Origin: Eledone cirrhosa
Lineage: Eukaryota
Direction: 5' to 3'
Assembly (NCBI GenBank): GCA_964016885.1
Contig: OZ024746.1
Coordinates: 39,804,001 to 39,868,000 of the forward strand
DNA: 64,000 bases
Shown: positions 59,347 to 64,000 of the stretch, one piece after another
Numbering within the stretch: the first letter of the stretch is position 1
Layout of the letters: each line of letters begins with the position of its first letter
Notes under the pieces: generated by a model
Database searches by the model: none
Seen by the model: the letters and a program-made list of their open reading frames with translations, nothing else
What the model was told of the DNA's origin: nothing
Program-made: the position numbers and the translations under genes

Positions 59347-59904
59347 CTTACGACATGGTATTTATCCTCGCTATTTACGTTTTCAATTCAAATCTCCCCG
59401 ATATCAACTTTGTTTTTCATTCTTCTCGGGTTAATAAAACAAAGAGACAAGTAATGGAGTCGATTTAATCGACTTTCTCTCTCCCCAAAAAATTGTTGGC
59501 CTTGTGCCTAAATCAGAAACCTTTATTATTACATTATTGTTATAAGAATGGAGTGTTCATGCGCGGAGATGCTATAAAATAGTTTATAACTTATAGAATA
59601 GCATAAAGACACTTTAAAGGCGGAAAAACAAGTTGCTATCGGCCGCTATAAGGAATCGGTCCCCATATCATCCAGATACTGGCTAGGCACTTTAGACCAT
59701 TAAGCCAAGGGGTCGTGATAACTCTTTACATCTTAAATTAGATAACTGAATCACAGCTTTCAGATTTCAACAAACTTCGTGTATACGTAGCTGATCTTTC
59801 GGACTTTTACGAAGCGCTGAGAAGATAAGTTAATATAAAGAATGGCGTGCTTATGCGTGGGGATGCTAAGAAATAACTTATAAAATAGGGTGAAAACCCT
59901 CTTT

Positions 59905-59965
<61 letters not shown>
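59905..59965. repeat. (TAG)n microsatellite
   Basis: Seen directly. Confidence 0.97.
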
Positions 59966-59966
<1 letters not shown>

Positions 59967-61222
59967 TCTTCATTGTCAGTTACTGTTTCAACAGTTTAAT
60001 TCAAGTTTCTATTGCATAACCAAATGTCCCCCCGTGTCCCTGTGGTGTATGTGGCAGTGTGTGTGTGTGTACGGATGGGGGGGGGGGGCATATACAACAC
60101 CACCTTGTTTCTGTCTTTATATTAGTGTGTCTGTCTATCATAGAGAGGAGTATGTGTAGTAGGGATTGTGTTATTTTGTTGGGTGATGTATGTTATGTAT
60201 ATGTTGTGTTGTTGGTGTTATATGTTTTACTATCGGGCAGCAATTATACGGAGTATATGATGTGTGGCTTGTGTAGCATTAATAAGTTACAGCTGTCTAG
60301 ATTGGTGGTTGTATAAATTATTGGCGTTGCAGTGCCAGATATCGGTTACATAGGGGCGATAATTGTGTTATTTTTATTAGGTGTTAATCATGTAGAGCAT
60401 ATATTGTGTGGTTTATGTTATTTTAATGGATACTTATTACATAGCGTATATAGTGGGGTACTGTTTCAGTTGTGCTATTGAATTGAGCATATATAACAGT
60501 ACTATAAGATGTACTATTGAATTGTTAATGTCTTGTGTATGACGTGAGCAGGCCGTAGCAAAGCGTAACGTTGTGAATCATGATAAGTGTATTTTGGGGT
60601 TCATATCGTTTTTATCATTTATTGCTCCAATTATGATTGCCACATTTTGTCTTCGTGTCTTCCATACTGTTTCGTTTTGATTTCACGATCCTTATATTTT
60701 GATGGCCTTTTCCACATCATTTGAGATAATATTTTGTCCAGAAGGATCTTTCAATTCACTTAACTACTAACTTATTATATCTATGATGTGGTTATAACAA
60801 TTATGGTTACCTAATTTATATCTAATAACTTAGTTCCAACATTAAGTTGAGCTTTTAATATTAGTCTAGCTCTTCTTTAATAGACATTTCTAATTTGCTC
60901 CTTCATTTCTATGTCCTGTTTTTTTATCAGTTTCATCTACTCTTAAGTAATTTCATGGATAGTTCAGAAGATTCCGATGTCTAATTTTCAGTTCTAATTA
61001 AGTTGCCTCTTCATATAGTACTCGTAGTTTTGGTATATTTAACTAATAACATGCTCATTGTCATGTCTCGGCTGGAATTTTAAAATTACGTTTAGCATTT
61101 CTAGTTTGACGCTATTCTTTTAAATACCTACAGGACATCCACATAGTATATGTATCCCATGGTGGGATTCAGTAGGTTTGTTAATGGAGAAGAGTAGAAG
61201 GAATAATAATGAATCACCATAG

Positions 61223-61258
<36 letters not shown>

Positions 61259-62010
61259 GGTTCTTATATATTTGATATATATTTATCCTTATCGAGCCCT
61301 CTTTGGATTTTAGTCTTCAAATTTATTATTATTACTAGATATTATTACTATATATATATCAACTAGAAATAGATTGACATATATATATATATATATAAAA
61401 TAAATACATGAAACAATCACAGGGAATAATTTGTAAAGAATGTAAGCACACATAGCTAGGTAGGTAACTAATTAAAGTTTGACTAGAACTTCAAATATAG
61501 ATACCTTTTAAAATGATTAATCTCCTTTGTATATATTTCTTTAAGTAAGAAATATATTTCACCTATTAATCAGTAAATCACAGCAGTTAAATTCTTGGAT
61601 GTTCACCAAAGGAGAAGAAAAATAACCATTTGTGTTTACAAAGCAAATGCAAATCTGTGAATGATTCGAACCACGTGTTGCATTTTTTTTTTAAATACAC
61701 ACATCGCACAGCGTCATCCCAGTGGCGTGAATAGGATTATCGACAGCCAGAAATAGCAGCCGAGCCTATTCAACTGAATTAGTTCAACAATCAAGGGGCC
61801 GTATATATATCCAAAATTAAAATTAACGGTTGTCATGTCTGAGAGACATGCGCCATATCCACAGTAATGTGATTGTTTCATGTATTTATTTTATATATAT
61901 ATGTCAATCTATTTCTAGTTGATATGTAATGCTCGGATCTAATCTTTGAGCTTATTCTACGGGGGATATGGCGCATGTCTCTCAGACATGACAACCCTTA
62001 ATTTTAATTT

Positions 62011-62046
<36 letters not shown>

Positions 62047-62126
62047 CATTTAGACATATGTCTATATCTCCGATATACATACACATATATATATATATAT
62101 ATAGGTATATATATATTGATATACAT

Positions 62127-62165
<39 letters not shown>

Positions 62166-63720
62166 TGGGTTATGTGTTTGTTGATATATGTGCATGTATG
62201 TATGCACCCTTACCGATTCGTTGGATCACTACCGAGTACTTCATATTCAGCTAGTGTGACGTGGATAAGTCAGGAACCAAAAGATATGTTGCATGTACTT
62301 AGTATTTACAGCCCTTACATACTTACATACATATGTATGTACATATATACATGCAATTAATTTTAAAGATAGATCTCTATCAGAACGAATATCAGTTTTC
62401 TTACTTAACTTCTATATTTTCTAAGTGGCATAGAGGCGGTGTTTGCTTTTCGGTATTTATCTATATGTTCTAGTTTCAAAATCCAACTAGTCGATTTTGG
62501 TTTCCATTCATTCATAGTATATAAAACAACTACTGGTTATGTAGTACAGTAGACTCCATTGACTAAAAGGTCTTGCTCATTTGCTAAATTTAGATAGTTC
62601 TTCAGTAGTGTAACCAACAGCATTACTTTAAAATGTGCAGTGTTTACATTATTATTTTAATTAAATATCTTCTGCATTGCAATACTAGATAGCTGTATTA
62701 GTATTATGAAAACAAAACATAGAACATAGAAGAACTGAAGACTAAAGAGGCATTAAAATAATCATTATAGAAATATAAGCTTCATTACCAAATTATTAAC
62801 GACAATAACGAAAAACAACAACAGCCATAGCTCTAACATCTGGTATATATTGGTCTACTTCCTGACGTTAGCAAGCTGACACTCGTAACATCTGCTCGAT
62901 TGCTTTAAGCATAGTAATTTGAAAATGTCTATATAAGAAGTATATAAAAAATATATTGTATTCCCAGAGTTCTTCTAAGAGTTGCGGCTGGCCAAGTTAA
63001 TCGTGTGCTGGTCTACCGGCCGAAGGACGCACATTTCTTATCCTACCACATACTGTTAAGTGTTGCTGGCAAAGGCATTAAACTTAAATTCTTAATTACT
63101 CAGTTCACTTAATTGTAAATAGGTACTACAGGGAATTAGAGTTCACCGCTGTAAGCAAGGTAGGGGAAACATATAATTGACAAAAGTGTCTTTGCTTTCC
63201 AATGCTGATCTCAAAAGTTACCATGTACGGGAACTGAGGAACAGGAAATCAGCTATATTCCCTCTTGAATCGTTATAGTAACAGTTTTTTTTTCTTTTTG
63301 TTGTTGTTTTTTGTTTTTCCATTGAACGTATGGCTTTACTACATAATGCTTAATCTTAATATATAAAAGTGAACGTGCATATGTATGTTCCAAATTGTAA
63401 GTAACACTTTTGCACCCAATTCGCTTTACATAGGAGCTATCAAGAATGCCACACATTATGTGATATTTCCTGGTACTACTATAAACTCAGAAATAGCCGA
63501 GTACTGCTGCTATTCTTCTATAAAACTGTCTCACCAAGTTACTATAGTATAGATAATTTCTCATAATTTGATTATGCCTTAATAATAATACTTCGTATTA
63601 TAAAGTTCTCTTCATCTTACACTAGGTTCCCTAACATTTGATATTTTTAAATATATAAAACCCTCCCCTACACTTGAGTATTTTAAACAAAAATAAACAG
63701 CATCCAACACACACACACAC

Positions 63721-63794
<74 letters not shown>

Positions 63795-63795
<1 letters not shown>

Positions 63796-63881
63796 ACGAA
63801 GGAAGTGTGGTAAGGAACTAGGTGGACCAGAAATAACTGTCGAAACGGCTTGAGCTCTGCCGCCGGTGTCTTGAACATTTT

Positions 63882-63883
<2 letters not shown>
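63795..63883. mobile_element. Family B island with non-overlapping inversion
   Basis: 63795-63829 is the inverted tail end; 63830-63883 is the plus-strand HHR 3' half ending at ttcc. Confidence 0.8.
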
Positions 63884-63955
<72 letters not shown>

Positions 63956-64000
63956 GGATGCTGTTTATTTTTGTTTAAAACACTAAAATACTCAAGAGTG

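Noticed and set aside
60550-61140. Possible second R4-like 3' fragment on the minus strand
   Set aside because: Only faint motifs (KYKD, AIIIGAI); too decayed to call without a search.

Overview
AT-rich, microsatellite-dense, apparently gene-free animal DNA. The SINE set and repeat style suggest an octopus or other cephalopod (inference). Nearly all listed ORFs are translations of (TA)n/(CA)n arrays. Real coding remnants are all transposon-derived: a near full-length decayed Tx1 LINE in a (GATA)n site, a Penelope-like (PLE, Naiad-type) GIY-YIG fragment, an internally deleted mariner, and RTE, R4-like and hAT fragments. About 20 tRNA-derived SINE copies are also present. The main unexplained structure is a set of short islands (60-750 bp) embedded in (TA)n arrays. 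They come from at least 7 sequence families, often form perfect or near-perfect inverted repeats, and repeatedly carry type I hammerhead ribozyme (HHR) motifs. Variant features include a compensatory U3-A8 core in two families, non-canonical 10.1-11.1 pairs, helix II extended beyond 100 nt, and palindromic minimal helix III. The fixed arm ends suggest two defined priming sites per element. All folds and alignments were done by eye; nothing was computed or searched.
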